6,808 nucleotides of DNA from an uncultured archaeon (GTDB lineage: Archaea > Iainarchaeota > Iainarchaeia > Iainarchaeales > 0-14-0-20-30-16). The stretch covers positions 3,141 through 9,948 of the forward strand of contig CAZMCX010000025.1 in NCBI GenBank assembly GCA_964565125.1, written 5' to 3'. Positions 5,734 through 6,808 of the stretch are shown one piece after another; the first letter of the stretch is position 1; each line of letters opens with the position of its first letter. The notes below the pieces were generated by a model. The model saw only the letters and a list, made by a program, of their open reading frames with translations, was not told the DNA's origin and searched no databases. The translations under genes and the position numbers were made by a program.

Positions 5734-6753
5734 TTAGGAAACTGTTACCTTTCTGGTTTCCTTATCAAATTCTATCTTTTTGTTAAATAATTTCTCACAA
5801 ACATATTTTGCAGTGTTATACTTATCGCTTATTTTATTTATCACAAATTCGCTTTTCTTTGTTAAACAAAAGAATGGCAAAAGTATTGCTGCGTTTTCAG
5901 AATCAACACTAAAGTCTTTAGCTAAATACCCAACTATCTTATCTGCTGCTTCTTTTCCAATTAATGGAACTGTTTTCTTAATCCCGCTTGCACAACCGCA
6001 CAAGGTGACATTATCATAATATGCAACAAGAGCCATACTTGCCCCTTTATTCCTAACATTGTTTTCAATGTATTTATTTTCTTCTAAGATAAAATTAATT
6101 TTTTTGCCGGTTTGCATAAGCCTTTGCCTTGCATAAGAATAAATCTCGTCATTTACATGGGTTTTATAGCCGGTTGTATGTATGTGGGCTTTTATTGTAT
6201 CCAAGTCCCCTTTTTGGAGTATAGAATAATTTTTTGGCAAGGCTACAGTATTATTCTTTAAAACCAGAGACCCCTCTTCCTCAAAGCCTTTTCCAATAAT
6301 GGCTAGGTCGTATCTGACACCCATTTTTTCTAAATATGAGAATGTACTATATTTTATAAATTCGGGGGTAACAAGGTTATCTAAATCTGTTGGACCCATA
6401 AACCTAATTCTTGTTTTTGTACCCAAAGAAAGCAGTACTGCTGGAACTATTAATTCAGAAACAGAAATTGTATTTTTCACTTTTACTATCTTACTTCCGC
6501 CAAGGATTCCCTTAGGATTTGTCTCAACCTCTGTGCTTTTTTTGTCAAATCCTTTCATTTCAACATTACCCAAATTTGCGATTACGCCAGCATAGAGAAT
6601 GTCTCTCCATCTCAGGCCTTTATTTTCGTCATTAGCCCTAAAATTAGTTATTTTTATTGGTTGTTTAGTATAAGCAGAAATAGTGAGAGCTTGTCTCAAC
6701 CCAAAACCCTGTTTTTTAACTTCAGAGAAGTCTAAAACTATCGATTCCGTCAT
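5734..6753 (-). CDS. rtcA: RNA 3'-terminal phosphate cyclase family protein (RtcA/Rcl1-like); catalytic His apparently absent
   Basis: ORF of 339 aa, the same length class as RtcA. By eye it is collinear with E. coli RtcA: IVLD....LRQALTISAYTKQPIKITNFRAN aligns with IALD....[23 protein letters not shown]. Further matches are GPTD vs GGTD, HVNDEI vs HVAERE, LLPFF vs LVLPMA, and EFVINKISDKYNTAKYVCEKLF vs [22 protein letters not shown]. Confidence 0.8.
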   Translation of the reverse strand: MTESIVLDFSEVKKQGFGLRQALTISAYTKQPIKITNFRANDENKGLRWRDILYAGVIANLGNVEMKGFDKKSTEVETNPKGILGGSKIVKVKNTISVSELIVPAVLLSLGTKTRIRFMGPTDLDNLVTPEFIKYSTFSYLEKMGVRYDLAIIGKGFEEEGSLVLKNNTVALPKNYSILQKGDLDTIKAHIHTTGYKTHVNDEIYSYARQRLMQTGKKINFILEENKYIENNVRNKGASMALVAYYDNVTLCGCASGIKKTVPLIGKEAADKIVGYLAKDFSVDSENAAILLPFFCLTKKSEFVINKISDKYNTAKYVCEKLFNKKIEFDKETRKVTVS

Positions 6754-6775
6754 AATAATCTTCCGATTTTCCGTT

Positions 6776-6793
6776 ATTTTATATATTTATATT
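6776..6793 (-). promoter_or_regulatory. TATA-like element upstream of the cyclase-family gene; likely promoter of the three-gene minus-strand cluster
   Basis: The minus strand reads AATATAAATATATAAAAT. TATATAAA (6785-6778) sits about 25-32 nt upstream of the ATG at 6753, which suggests a leaderless or very short leader. The same bases read TTTATATA on the plus strand and could also serve a divergent gene beyond the window. Confidence 0.35.
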
Positions 6794-6808
6794 GTATCTA
6801 TTTTTAAA

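Noticed and set aside
5780-6595. Plus-strand ORFs 5780-6019 (79 aa) and 6299-6595 (98 aa)
   Set aside because: Both are antisense to the cyclase-family gene. They are shadow ORFs with a composition-driven reading frame.
6761-6775. Short direct repeat TTCCG-ATT-TTCCG between the promoter-like element and the cyclase-family start
   Set aside because: Two copies of a 5-mer are too short to separate from chance. I noted it only as a possible operator to re-examine if orthologous upstream regions conserve it.
1-6808. Scan for tRNA/rRNA/ncRNA genes, CRISPR repeats, IS or transposon ends, integrase genes, or recoded stop codons
   Set aside because: There are no GC-rich islands of the kind structured RNAs form in AT-rich archaeal genomes, and no spaced direct repeats or terminal inverted repeats. 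TGA and TAA both end ORFs at the C-termini expected for their families, so the standard genetic code fits.

Overview
AT-rich (about one-third GC by eye) archaeal-type chromosomal segment. I see six protein-coding genes and no rRNA/tRNA genes, CRISPR arrays or mobile elements. From left to right: (1) A minus-strand gene pair, 545-1162 then 1-548, joined by an ATGA stop/start overlap. It encodes an orphan ~200-aa helical protein followed by a PIN-like protein that runs off the left edge. (2) A 61-bp divergent promoter region with TATA-like elements. (3) A plus-strand gene, 1224-3095, encoding a 623-aa protein with a signal peptide, 16 Cys and an acidic Pro/Glu linker that carries a 2 x 33-nt tandem repeat. 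(4) A co-oriented minus-strand trio running 6753 down to 3100: an RNA 3'-phosphate cyclase (RtcA) family protein, the 20S proteasome beta subunit, and the KH + beta-CASP ribonuclease aCPSF1/FttA. The aCPSF1 and proteasome genes mark the locus as archaeal. The low GC and the orphan secreted protein would fit a small-genome uncultivated lineage, but I cannot show that. Three items deserve follow-up. First, the coupled orphan/PIN-like cassette may be a non-canonical toxin-antitoxin or defence pair, and the orphan carries an Rx4H motif. Second, the cyclase-family protein appears to lack the catalytic His and several other active-site residues, which would make it Rcl1-like. Third, the secreted Cys-rich protein is a modular orphan. 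All calls come from reading motifs by eye; no searches were run.
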